A stretch of 64,000 nt of DNA from a bacterium (GTDB lineage Bacteria > SAR324 > XYD2-FULL-50-16 > G965216635): contig OZ244188.1 in assembly GCA_965216635.1 (NCBI GenBank), positions 1,696,001 to 1,760,000 on the forward strand. Reading direction: 5' to 3'. The position numbers and the translations under genes were made by a program. Every line of letters starts with the position of its first letter. Positions within the stretch are counted from its first letter, which is position 1. Below the pieces are notes generated by a model. That model was not told the origin of the DNA and did no database searches. It saw only the letters and a list, made by a program, of their open reading frames with translations. Shown here one piece after another: positions 39,401 through 48,663 of the stretch.

Positions 39401-41062
39401 AACGAGGGTTTTGGCATAAATCTCTTTTCTTAAACACGGATTAAGCTTGTCTGCGATATAGGTCTGCAAAGACATATTACAATCTTCGCGAATAGGATCC
39501 ATCGGAGGATTGGTAACTTGAGCAAACCTCTGCTTGAAATAAGTAAATAGCAATTTAGGTTTTTCTGAAAGTACAGATAGGGGAGTATCGTTTCCCATCG
39601 CATAAACTAATTCTTCACTATTTTCACTCATAGCCTTGAGTAGCATTTGTAATTCTTCTTCGCTATAGCTAAAAGCCCTTTGCTGTTGCAAAACTGTTGC
39701 TTGTTCTGGGTTTTTAGAGGGTTTGGAAGTAACGCCTTTAAGATTTTTTAGATAAACCTTGTTTTTTTGATTCCATTCTAGATAAGGATAGGCTTCGCTA
39801 TATTTTTGGTGAATGCTCTCTGTTTTTAAAAGCTGGTTTGTTTGTCTGTCTATTGCTAATATTTCTCCAGCTCCCAATTTTCCTTTGCTTTGGATTTTTA
39901 TATCAGAAAAAGGAATAACTCCAGATTCTGAGGCGACAACAAGAACTTTATCCACAGTTTGACAGTAACGCAAAGGTCTCAATCCGTTTCTATCCACAGT
40001 TGCTCCAATAAAATTTTTATCCGCAAAAACCATAGAAACGGGACCATCCCAAGCCTCTACCATAGGAGCAAAGTATTCGTAAAACGCTTTTAATTTTTTA
40101 GGGATTAGTGGATTGTTTTCCCAAGCCCTAGGAATCATTATCATCATAGCTTCCAATAAGGGAACTCCGCTCGCCACCAAAAATTCTAAAAAATTATCAA
40201 AAGCCAAACTATCACTACAGTCAGCTTCTATAATGGGTAGCAATTCTGAAAAATCTTTGCCAAATGCCTCACTTTGCAACTCCCACTCCCTAGCATTACA
40301 GCCGTTAATATTTCCTATAATTGTATTGATTTCTCCGTTATGGGCTAAAAGCCGAAAAGGTTGTGCCAGTTTCCACGAAGGTAGGGTGTTGGTAGAATAC
40401 CGTTGATGCACTAGAGCAAAAGAAGTTTTAAAATCCTCTTCTTTTAAATCTAAAAAATAATCCGCCAACTGTCCTGCTAAAAAAAGCCCTTTATAAAGCA
40501 GACTATCACTAGAAAAACTGATAACATCAAAAAAACTATCCTTTTGGCAAAGAGCTATTTTGCTGATTTTTTTTCTTAAAAGATAAACTTTTTTTGCCAA
40601 AATAGTAGGATTTCTAGTGGTGACAAAAAGGTGGAAAATATGAGGTTCTCGGTTTAAATCACTTTTAGATAGGCATTGATTGTTGGTGGGAACTTTTCGC
40701 CAACAAAGAAATTCCAAAGCACTTTTAGGAATGGTTTTTTCTATAAGCAATTTTTGTTGCTCGCGTTTTTTTTTGTCTTGAGAAAAGAAAAAAACACCCA
40801 CTGCGTAGCTTCCTAGCTCAGGCAATTCTATTTTTTCACCCCAACTTCTACGAAAAAGGCTGTCTGGAATTTCTACCAAAATTCCAGCACCGTCGCCAGA
40901 TAAAGGGTCCTGTCCAGTAGCTCCTCTGTGCTCTAAGTTGCGAAGAATTTGCAAGCCCTGCAGGAGCATCTCGTGGCTAGCTGTTCCAGACATATTTGCA
41001 ATAAGTCCGGTGCCACAATTTCCTTTAGAGATTTTTTTTTGATGAGAATTTGAAAATTGCAT
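36491..41062 (-). CDS. gltB: Glutamate synthase large subunit
   Basis: N-terminal CG-x-G Ntn site, HQRYSTNT, AHNGEINT, QVASGRFGV, QGAKPGEGG, GCILMRKCHLNTCPVG [3Fe-4S], GXGXG C-terminal domain. Confidence 0.97.
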   Translation of the reverse strand: MQFSNSHQKKISKGNCGTGLIANMSGTASHEMLLQGLQILRNLEHRGATGQDPLSGDGAGILVEIPDSLFRRSWGEKIELPELGSYAVGVFFFSQDKKKREQQKLLIEKTIPKSALEFLCWRKVPTNNQCLSKSDLNREPHIFHLFVTTRNPTILAKKVYLLRKKISKIALCQKDSFFDVISFSSDSLLYKGLFLAGQLADYFLDLKEEDFKTSFALVHQRYSTNTLPSWKLAQPFRLLAHNGEINTIIGNINGCNAREWELQSEAFGKDFSELLPIIEADCSDSLAFDNFLEFLVASGVPLLEAMMIMIPRAWENNPLIPKKLKAFYEYFAPMVEAWDGPVSMVFADKNFIGATVDRNGLRPLRYCQTVDKVLVVASESGVIPFSDIKIQSKGKLGAGEILAIDRQTNQLLKTESIHQKYSEAYPYLEWNQKNKVYLKNLKGVTSKPSKNPEQATVLQQQRAFSYSEEELQMLLKAMSENSEELVYAMGNDTPLSVLSEKPKLLFTYFKQRFAQVTNPPMDPIREDCNMSLQTYIADKLNPCLRKEIYAKTLVLESPILNSSEFSALAYQKNFPLRSLDITYPKEKSLQQALDQLCNQAATEAKKGILILVLSDANIQKTRIPIPSLLATAAVHHHLIKQRQRGKLGIVVQTGEARETHHFALLLGYGACAVYPYLAYATIEKMRQTGQIKTAPAESAQQNYIKAAEKGIKKIMSKMGISTLNSYQGAQIFEAVGLNKKLLQKYFCGTHSPLDGMDLKLLEKESLLQHHAAWEGEAWEFPADTNSLFTGGEYNWRVQGERHAYNPQTIHLLQQAAWKNDYSIFKEFTKQMNELELYKIRNLLDFTSHKKPIAFNEVESESEIVKRFCTGAMSIGAISKEAHEDLAIAMNRLGARSNTGEGGESAARYVLDKDGNSRNSSIKQVASGRFGVTSYYLSKAKELQIKIAQGAKPGEGGQLKGFKVDAYIAELRHTIEGVPLISPPPHHDIYSIEDLAQLIYDLKNASPKAEVSVKLVASEGVGTVAYGVAKGKADRVVIAGYDGGTGASPASSIKHAGIPWEIGIAETQQVLMMNGIRDRVRLQVDGQITTGKGVVIGALLGAEEFGFSTSALVTQGCILMRKCHLNTCPVGIATQDPMLRKKFKGKPEYVINFFLHLAKEVREIMAQLGVKKFDDLIGQTEFLKIAKHKHNLKSRCLDFSPLLYKVKRNNTYGSQFFEKTSYRKTREQDNLTSNILDNKLIQLAQPALEEGKKVRFGMCIKNTQRTVGTMLGYELTKRYAQKGLPDDTICADFCGTAGQSLGAFLPKGISLRIQGDANDYLGKGLCGGKIVLSTAAMRKVNPTYIAQENTIVGNTVLYGATSGKVFLNGAAGERFAVRNSGAYTVVEGVGEHGCEYMTGGVVIVLGKVGRNFAAGMSGGYAYVYQTEATLRKNCNLSVVEVLNLGKTKKHGEKATHLNKFWELIEEHYLETESVVAKEILADKDTVLKKFCWIVPKKQEEKQERPEQNKKSPIAIRPLEVYTVA

Positions 41063-41426
41063 TCTTATTTTTTCTTTGTTATTGTTTGTAACTTAAAATA
41101 TTTCTGATAAAAAACCAACCTAAATTTATAAAGAAAAGTCTATTCGTAATTAGCAAAACGACTGTTTTGTTGTTTTTTATGATTTTACTTTTGTGTCTCT
41201 TCTAAGTTAAGTCAAAAAACTACCTTTATTTTATAACTAAAATAACGACATTTTTCGTAAAAGAATTTGTATTAAGGCTTGTTTTATTTTTTATTTTATG
41301 GAATATTAGCTACTAATAGTAGAGATACTTTTAAATAGTGCTATATTAAAGTCTATTTTATTACATAGTGCTAGTATAAGAAACTCTAAACTTAAAACTT
41401 AAATAACCAACAATAAGGAGATACAA

Positions 41427-41924
41427 ATGTTAGAAAACACAACTTTGAGTTTAAATAACTCTACAGGCAAGTCTTTTTCTCCAGTAGACAAGCAACAATT
41501 TGCAACAGAGAAGAAAATTGATAATGCTAGGTCTTTGGTAGAAAAATTAGATTTTATAGAGCAAAATTCAAAACTAATCTCTTATCACGGATGGAAGGCA
41601 GAGAAAGCAATTCTAATAGAAGGATTGTATAAAAAATGGTTAATTCTCCATAAAGTTTATGGTGATAGCATAACAATAGCTCCTAATGAAACTGTTGATG
41701 AATATTGGCACTTTCATATATTAGACACAAGAAAATACATAAGCGATTGTAATCTGATTTTTGGTTACTATTTACACCATTATCCTTATTTTGGTTTGAC
41801 GGAAACAGAAACTCAGGAGGATTTAAGTGAAGGGTTTGCTTTGACTCAAAAACTATTTAAAAAACACTTCGCTCATAATTTGACTGGACTAGCTAACCCT
41901 TGTAGATCTACTTCTTGCAGGTAG
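41427..41924 (+). CDS. GRDP-like (DUF1399 / glycine-rich-domain-like) protein
   Basis: Y-x2-WL-x-L, P-x3-VDEYWHFHILDTRKY-x2-DC-x3-FGYYLHHYPYFG; strong AAGGAG RBS upstream. Confidence 0.75.
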   Translation: MLENTTLSLNNSTGKSFSPVDKQQFATEKKIDNARSLVEKLDFIEQNSKLISYHGWKAEKAILIEGLYKKWLILHKVYGDSITIAPNETVDEYWHFHILDTRKYISDCNLIFGYYLHHYPYFGLTETETQEDLSEGFALTQKLFKKHFAHNLTGLANPCRSTSCR

Positions 41925-41927
41925 AAA

Positions 41928-42770
41928 GTGCCAGTCCTACAAGTCTCAAAAGAACTTAGTGGCAGTATAGCCACTAAGTCTCAAAAAATAAAATCATTGC
42001 CTCAAGGCAAGATAGATACTTTCCTAAAAAAAAATACAGATTTTCAAAATATAGTTGCTACTTCAAAAAAAATATTAGATTTAAGTTTTTTTGTGGTTAT
42101 TAAAAATATTGGTTTTAATAAAGAAAAAAAAATTTTTGAAGCCTTTGTTAAACTCTACGGCGAATTTTATGGGGCTGTTGAATATACCGATATAAAAATT
42201 GACCGTCTCTATACTGGCTGCAAATACGAGGCAATAGAGTTGCATAACGACGATGCAATTGATTTAAAAAACCAACCAAAAACTGGATTTATTCAAGCCA
42301 TAAGCGAAGATCCATTACAATCTACAAAAAATGGAGTAGTGAAAATTGACGATATTGTTCGTTATTTAGAAGTTTATGATGCAGACTTTTTAGATAGATT
42401 ATTTAAACATAAAATACCAATGTTATCTTACGGGGTCAATTACGATGGGGATAAAAAAAAAGAAATTATCACGCAACACCCGATTTTGTATAAGGAGAAC
42501 GATGAAAATAAAGTGAGATTTGATTTAACTAGAATTGAACACTACTACTGGAAAAAAAAAATCACTCAAACGGTAGAAGAAAAATTATTGATAGATAAAT
42601 TTTTAAATATTGCTAAAAAATTTAGAAAGGAGTTTTATCTAGCAGCAGGGGATATTTTGATTACCCATAATAAAAGAACTTTGCACGATAGAACAGAATG
42701 TAGTTTTGAATTAAATAGTGATGGTTCTTTTTCTACTAGAGAAATTTTTGTAAGTTTCACCCGAGAATAA
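41928..42770 (+). CDS. TauD/TfdA family Fe(II)/2-oxoglutarate dioxygenase
   Basis: LHNDD (HxD) and L-x2-GDILI-x-HN-x2-TLHDR (distal His, Arg), final R-x-F strand. Confidence 0.82.
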   Translation: MPVLQVSKELSGSIATKSQKIKSLPQGKIDTFLKKNTDFQNIVATSKKILDLSFFVVIKNIGFNKEKKIFEAFVKLYGEFYGAVEYTDIKIDRLYTGCKYEAIELHNDDAIDLKNQPKTGFIQAISEDPLQSTKNGVVKIDDIVRYLEVYDADFLDRLFKHKIPMLSYGVNYDGDKKKEIITQHPILYKENDENKVRFDLTRIEHYYWKKKITQTVEEKLLIDKFLNIAKKFRKEFYLAAGDILITHNKRTLHDRTECSFELNSDGSFSTREIFVSFTRE

Positions 42771-42788
42771 GCCTTACTCTTTTCCACA

Positions 42789-43475
42789 ATGAAGCAATTT
42801 CATATATCTCAAGCGCATGAGAAAGTTGGTCTGGATTCCAATCTTCCCTTTTGGATTTCTATGATCAAAGAATCTCAAAAAGTATTAAAGCCCGACACGA
42901 CAAAAAATGTATTAGATTTTGGTTGTGGAGATGGCAAATTTTTGCAGATTTTTGATTTGATGGATAATTTAAAAAATGGTTTGGGGGTAGAACTAGATGA
43001 AAACTTAATCCATAAAGCCAAGCAAAAAAACAAAAATCCATCTATAAAATACACTCTTTACACAAGCGATTTATTGCAAAACCAGCCTGATTATTTTGAC
43101 GCTGTCTATTCTCAAGAAGCGATCTATACCATTCAAGATTTAAAGAACCACGCCCAAATTATTTTTTCCGCCTTAAAGAAAGGAGGGTTTTATTTTTCTA
43201 CGATGGGTAGCCACATTGAAAACCCACTTTGGAGCAAACGTAGAAAAATAATTAGGGAAGAAGAAAAATATACCGCTTACGATTATTCCATAGAAGAAGT
43301 TGCAGAAATCTTTTATGCGGTTGGTTTTGAAGTGGGTATAAAAAGACTGCCAGTAGAGTATTTTTTGGTTTATCACCCTGAAATTACCAAAAACTTTTCC
43401 AATTCTTTGTTGGATTTAACCAACACTACCTATAAAAATAAAATGCTATTTAGCTTTTGGAAACCTTATGAATAA
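42789..43475 (+). CDS. Class I SAM-dependent methyltransferase
   Basis: VLDFGCGDG, GVEL, FDAVYS, LKKGG. Confidence 0.9.
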   Translation: MKQFHISQAHEKVGLDSNLPFWISMIKESQKVLKPDTTKNVLDFGCGDGKFLQIFDLMDNLKNGLGVELDENLIHKAKQKNKNPSIKYTLYTSDLLQNQPDYFDAVYSQEAIYTIQDLKNHAQIIFSALKKGGFYFSTMGSHIENPLWSKRRKIIREEEKYTAYDYSIEEVAEIFYAVGFEVGIKRLPVEYFLVYHPEITKNFSNSLLDLTNTTYKNKMLFSFWKPYE

Positions 43476-45012
43476 TTGTTGCGAAAAAATAAAAAAATGT
43501 ATCTGTTCTATTCTAATAGGATCGGTGCTTATATTTTTTATAGGGCTGTTTTTTAAAATGTCAACTTTGTGTGAATATTGTCATGAAAATATTGGCATTG
43601 TTCTAGTCTTAATTGTTTTAATTGCATTTATCTTTTTGTTTTGCTGTAAAAAAAACTGGATGAATTTAATGGATATTTTAAAACCAGTTGAAAATTGGAT
43701 TGAAGAAAAGAAAATATGTATCTTTTGGGTTCTAATAATTTTAGGACTAATACTTTGGGGATTCTGCCCTGATGAATATTTTGCTATTGTCTCAATTGTT
43801 TCCATTGTAATTTTTTTGCTTGACCGTAAATTGTTTCTGCTATTTTTTATAGGAATTTTAACATTCATAAGTTTGTTATTGTTGGTACTTGGAGTATCAC
43901 TGGAATTAAAGGATTCGGGTACAAATTTTCTATTCATCCCAGATACAGTGTTTACTAAATTATGTAATATATATTATAGTAAAAAAGTTTATACCCTTAG
44001 GAATGTTGGTCTTGCATTTGGTGGTTTAATGACTTTATTTCTATACCAACTCAGAAATCAAATAGCTGAAAAACAGACACAAACGCAACATGAAACTTTT
44101 AATCAAGATAAGCAGTTTAGTAATTATTTAGAAGCCACAAAACTATTAACTGGTAAAAAATCAAATACTGAAGCTAAAATTGCAGCTATGTTTTCGTTAG
44201 CCGATGTAGCTAAAGATCATCCCGAAAATATAGGCAGAGTAATACAGGTTATTAACCAAGAAATAAGACTATCAATAAAGGATATTGGAAAACAAACTAT
44301 AAAAGAATGGAGGAATGGAAATAAAAAGAAAAAAATTAGCTCAACAGCACTGTATATTATTAGAAAAATAATATTAGATTTGGAAAGTAGCAATACAAAT
44401 GTAGATATTTCTAATACAATTATCTTTGATGTAGATACCGATTTTGATAAAAAAAAAATAAGTACTTTATTTAAAGTTGTAGGTAAAAAAAGACCTGTTG
44501 AGTATCTAGCATTTTATCATTGTAAGTTAAAAAAAATAAATATTATTAAAGAAGCAAAGTATCATTTTTGTAAATTTATACATTGTAATCTTGAAGAGGC
44601 TGATTTTAATGGTGCCAATTTATGGGGAACTTCTTTTATAGAATGCGATCTTAAAGGAGTTAAATTTAAAGATGCTCAATGTCACGGTAAAAAAGCTAAA
44701 TGCGAAGGCGTTGAATTTAAGGATTGTAAAAACTTAACTTTAAAGCAACTGGATCAAATGGAATTTGATAATCTTGAGGATGCTAAAAAATATAAATTAA
44801 AAAACATAAAAAACACTAAATTTTGTAGGAAAAAACTATATCCAAAAACGGAGTTAAAGTATTTAATAGTTATTGATGAAAAAACAATTGATGTAATTAA
44901 CAAGACAGTTGAGGATGAAAATAAAGAACTCAAAATAGAAAATTTTATAACTCGGGATGAGTACGACAAGTGGAAAAACAGCTCTAAAATAGATGACAGT
45001 GATAAAAGTTAA
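43468..45012 (+). CDS. Membrane-anchored pentapeptide-repeat protein
   Basis: About 5-6 N-terminal TM helices; CKFIH CNLEE ADFNG ANLWG TSFIE CDLKG VKFKD pentapeptide run. Confidence 0.8.
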   Translation: MNNCCEKIKKCICSILIGSVLIFFIGLFFKMSTLCEYCHENIGIVLVLIVLIAFIFLFCCKKNWMNLMDILKPVENWIEEKKICIFWVLIILGLILWGFCPDEYFAIVSIVSIVIFLLDRKLFLLFFIGILTFISLLLLVLGVSLELKDSGTNFLFIPDTVFTKLCNIYYSKKVYTLRNVGLAFGGLMTLFLYQLRNQIAEKQTQTQHETFNQDKQFSNYLEATKLLTGKKSNTEAKIAAMFSLADVAKDHPENIGRVIQVINQEIRLSIKDIGKQTIKEWRNGNKKKKISSTALYIIRKIILDLESSNTNVDISNTIIFDVDTDFDKKKISTLFKVVGKKRPVEYLAFYHCKLKKINIIKEAKYHFCKFIHCNLEEADFNGANLWGTSFIECDLKGVKFKDAQCHGKKAKCEGVEFKDCKNLTLKQLDQMEFDNLEDAKKYKLKNIKNTKFCRKKLYPKTELKYLIVIDEKTIDVINKTVEDENKELKIENFITRDEYDKWKNSSKIDDSDKS

Positions 45013-48000
45013 AGAGGCTTACGAAAATAACCTAAAACGCATCTCTTTAGAAATTCCAAAAAATAAAATCACTGCTATTACTGGAATTAGTGGTAGTGGT
45101 AAATCTTCTCTAATTTATAACGTTTTAGCACAAGAAGCCAAAAGGCGAGAGAAAATAGCCAGTGGTAATGCTAGCTGTTTAGATTATGCTCTGCGTCCTA
45201 AATTTGAAAAAATAGAAAACCTCCCCTACTGCGTCACCCTGAAGCAAAGAGGATTGAGTGAAAGTATAGCCTCTACTTTAGCGACTATCACAAAACTACA
45301 CGAGCTTTTAAGAGCGGAGTTGACTCAATATGGAGAAATAATTGGTGACAATGGTAATATTATTAAAGAGCCAACCACCGACGATATAAAACAATTTGTT
45401 CAATCCTATCACCCTAAAGCCTCCGTTGAAATTTTTGCTATTGTTTGTGATCAAAAACACACCAACGGCAAAAAAGAATTAGAGTTATTAAAACTCAATC
45501 GTATAAAAGAAGCTGTTTTTGTTTCATCTTACGACGACAAACAAAGATGGAAAAAAATCACTGCGCTCAAAGATCTCAATGAACGCTATGCCCATACTAT
45601 TTTGGTGTCTGTCAATAGCTTAAACGAACTGGAAAAATACCAAGGCTTAGCCCAAGAAAATTTTTACTTAAAACTTGGGAGTCTTGATTTAAAGTTGCAT
45701 ACAGATTTTTTAGATTCACAAACAGGAAAAATTTATCAAAAAAAATCTTCACAACTTTTAAGCTTTAATGCTGCAGAAAAAAGAAGTGGAAAATGTTCCA
45801 AATGTAACGGACGCGGAATCATAGAGGAATTAGATTTAGACAATTTAATCTTAAAAAATAAACCACTTGCAGAAAATTTTTTGAACTTGGCAAAGAACGA
45901 AGCAGGTGGCTATAAATATGTAATGCTTTACCAAGATACCATTGATCAAACTCTTAAAAAAGCTAAAATAGACAAGCAAAAAAAATTTTTTGATTTATCA
46001 CCCGACGAACAAAAGATTATTAAAAATTTTATTTTTCTAAAAATACAGCAACATCAAGGACAACCAAGCATTGGTAAATTTATAAAGTCCATTCCATGCA
46101 CAGAGTGTGATGGCACAAGACTAAACTATAAAGCAAACGCTGTGAAAATTCACGGGTTTAATATTAGCGAATTGTTAAGTAAAACAGTCAATGAATTGTA
46201 TCTCTTTTTTAGTGATAAAAAACTGCACCACAAAAAAATATTAGCTATTTTAGAATCACTAAAAAAAGCTACATTAGAATATCTAACACTAGATAGAACT
46301 ACAGATACTTTAAGTGGTGGAGAATTACAGCGACTAAAACTTTCATTAGAACTTAATAGTGAATATAAGGGATTATTATATATTTTAGACGAGCCTTCAG
46401 TAGGGCTACATCCATTTAACAATAATCAAATTATACATTTAATTAAAAATTTAAGAGACAAGGAAAATACTATTATTATTAGCGAACATAGCCCAGATTA
46501 TATAAAAAACAGTGATTATACGATTGAACTTGGCGCGGGGAGTGGAGATGCAGGTGGAGAGGTTATTTTTACAGGTAAAACAAAAAAATTGCAAGATACA
46601 TCTCACTTAAGAAATAAAATAGAGATTGATTTCAATAATGCACTTGAACTTATTTCTGTTAATGCAAATAATATTAAAAATGAAAATTTTATCATACCAC
46701 TTAACTGTTTGAGCGCTATTAGTGGTGTTAGTGGTAGCGGTAAATCATCATTAATACACAAGGCTTTAATTCCTAATATTAAACAATATATAGCAGATAA
46801 AAGTATTGATAGGTCGCTTATCAAAGAAATAAAAAATATTGAAAAAATCGCTGCAGTGGTAGAATTGACTCAATCGCAAATAGGTATAAATTCAAGATCT
46901 ATTGTAGCAACTTATCTAAATATTTTTGACAGAATAAGGGATATTTTTGCCTCCCTTGAAATCTCTAAAGAGTTTGGTTTTGATAAAGGTTATTTTAGTT
47001 TTAATTCAATAGATGGTGCCTGTGAAACCTGTAAAGGTTTAGGAGAACTAAACAATAATTTATGCCCAAGTTGTTTAGGGCTGCGTTATAAACCAGAAAT
47101 TTTAGACATAAAATATAATGATTTAAATATTATAGAAATTTTAGCAAGTCCTTTGAGTGAATTATCAAAAATATTTAATGATGAAAAATTAAAATTTGCC
47201 TTTGAAATATTACACAAATTGGGGTTAGCGCATATTTCGTTAGGTAGAACGACTCCAACACTAAGCGGCGGCGAAGCACAAAGGTTAAAATTAGCCGAAA
47301 CCTTGATTTCAGCGGCTAACAAAATTAAAAAGGGAAATTTTATATTTGTGCTTGATGAACCGACAACAGGACTAAGTAATAAAGATGCGACAAAACTTTA
47401 TTCCATTTTTGATGAAATTATTGCCTTTAATAATTCTATCATCATCATAGAGCATAACCTTGAAATCATTAAAAATAGTGATTTTATTATGGAGCTGGGG
47501 CTCGGTAGTGGCGATGCTGGTGGAAAACAAATTTTTGCAGGGAAATACGAAGATTTGCTAAAAAACCAAATATCTTTGACAGCAAAAGCGTTTAATGGAG
47601 AATATGAAAGCATTAAAACAAACAAACTCCAACAGCCAAATTTAAAATACAAAAATTATTCAACCCATTCTCTTCCAGACTGTAATCGGTTTTATTTAGA
47701 CGAAAAGCATTTTGAAATTGAAAAGTTTTTTTATGAAAATCATTGTGTGAAAACAGATAATGAAAAACATAAATATTTTAAAACAAAGAAAGAACTTTTT
47801 GCTTTTGTTGATTCTTTAGCGGAATACACCGTAACTTTTAATCCTTATGTGTCTGATTTATTTAAGTATAAAATAATTCCTATTTCTATAAAAAAAAACA
47901 AGCTGAAACATCTTAAAAAATTAGGATTCAATATAGATATAAATGATTACGCAGTAGATGAATGGCAATTTAGGGTGAAAGTTGAAAATATAGAAAAGGC

Positions 48001-48592
48001 GTATAATTTTGGTAATGGTTGGATTACAGTTGAAACTAAAAATAGTAAATATGAACTTTTTACAAGATTAGTTTCTATAAATGATAAGTTAATTGGCACT
48101 CCAAAAATCACAGAACATTCCTTCAATTTATATTTGAATAGCTGTAATGATTGTAATGGTAACGGAATAAGAGCTGCCTACAAGAAAACACTTATTATTA
48201 AAGATGAGAATAAATCTATCTTAAATGAAGGTTTTTTAAAATTTCCTCTAAAATTACAGCTTAAAAATGTTGTTACAAAATTTTTAAAAGAAGGTTTATT
48301 TGATTTTACTAAGCCCTTTAGTCAATTGGATGATGAAAAGAAAAATATATTTTTATTTGGATTTCAACATTATAAATTTTTAAAACCCAAAGGAAAAAAA
48401 ACAACTTTAAGTGATTATATAAAGTGGCAAGGCTTGTATTCGCTTATCTATGATAATTTAGATAGAATAGAAATAGAACCTGAAATAAGAGATTCTAAAC
48501 ATAACATTATCTGTCCTTTTTGCTTAAGTGGATTTAAAAAAGAGGTGAGTTTTTATATTGCAAATAAAAAAAGTATAATTGACTATTTATGA
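44993..48592 (+). CDS. UvrA-like ABC ATPase with C-terminal extension (not canonical NER UvrA)
   Basis: NNLK, two Walker A (GISGSGKS, GVSGSGKS), LSGGELQRL/LSGGEAQRL, two LDEP, three CxxC...CxxC pairs; 1199 aa. Confidence 0.88.
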   Translation: MTVIKVKEAYENNLKRISLEIPKNKITAITGISGSGKSSLIYNVLAQEAKRREKIASGNASCLDYALRPKFEKIENLPYCVTLKQRGLSESIASTLATITKLHELLRAELTQYGEIIGDNGNIIKEPTTDDIKQFVQSYHPKASVEIFAIVCDQKHTNGKKELELLKLNRIKEAVFVSSYDDKQRWKKITALKDLNERYAHTILVSVNSLNELEKYQGLAQENFYLKLGSLDLKLHTDFLDSQTGKIYQKKSSQLLSFNAAEKRSGKCSKCNGRGIIEELDLDNLILKNKPLAENFLNLAKNEAGGYKYVMLYQDTIDQTLKKAKIDKQKKFFDLSPDEQKIIKNFIFLKIQQHQGQPSIGKFIKSIPCTECDGTRLNYKANAVKIHGFNISELLSKTVNELYLFFSDKKLHHKKILAILESLKKATLEYLTLDRTTDTLSGGELQRLKLSLELNSEYKGLLYILDEPSVGLHPFNNNQIIHLIKNLRDKENTIIISEHSPDYIKNSDYTIELGAGSGDAGGEVIFTGKTKKLQDTSHLRNKIEIDFNNALELISVNANNIKNENFIIPLNCLSAISGVSGSGKSSLIHKALIPNIKQYIADKSIDRSLIKEIKNIEKIAAVVELTQSQIGINSRSIVATYLNIFDRIRDIFASLEISKEFGFDKGYFSFNSIDGACETCKGLGELNNNLCPSCLGLRYKPEILDIKYNDLNIIEILASPLSELSKIFNDEKLKFAFEILHKLGLAHISLGRTTPTLSGGEAQRLKLAETLISAANKIKKGNFIFVLDEPTTGLSNKDATKLYSIFDEIIAFNNSIIIIEHNLEIIKNSDFIMELGLGSGDAGGKQIFAGKYEDLLKNQISLTAKAFNGEYESIKTNKLQQPNLKYKNYSTHSLPDCNRFYLDEKHFEIEKFFYENHCVKTDNEKHKYFKTKKELFAFVDSLAEYTVTFNPYVSDLFKYKIIPISIKKNKLKHLKKLGFNIDINDYAVDEWQFRVKVENIEKAYNFGNGWITVETKNSKYELFTRLVSINDKLIGTPKITEHSFNLYLNSCNDCNGNGIRAAYKKTLIIKDENKSILNEGFLKFPLKLQLKNVVTKFLKEGLFDFTKPFSQLDDEKKNIFLFGFQHYKFLKPKGKKTTLSDYIKWQGLYSLIYDNLDRIEIEPEIRDSKHNIICPFCLSGFKKEVSFYIANKKSIIDYL

Positions 48593-48663
48593 AAATAAAC
48601 AATAACATAAGTCTGCCAATAAAACTTTAAAATAGATTTTAATCGTTTTTAGATAGGTGTTGG

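Noticed and set aside
36890..40406. Plus-strand ORFs inside gltB, and similar antisense ORFs inside tlyA, folD, the UvrA-like gene and others
   Set aside because: Antisense shadows of well-supported genes, with no motifs of their own.
44993..48592. Canonical uvrA of nucleotide excision repair
   Set aside because: Divergent sequence, extra C-terminal module and accessory-operon context; gene symbol withheld.
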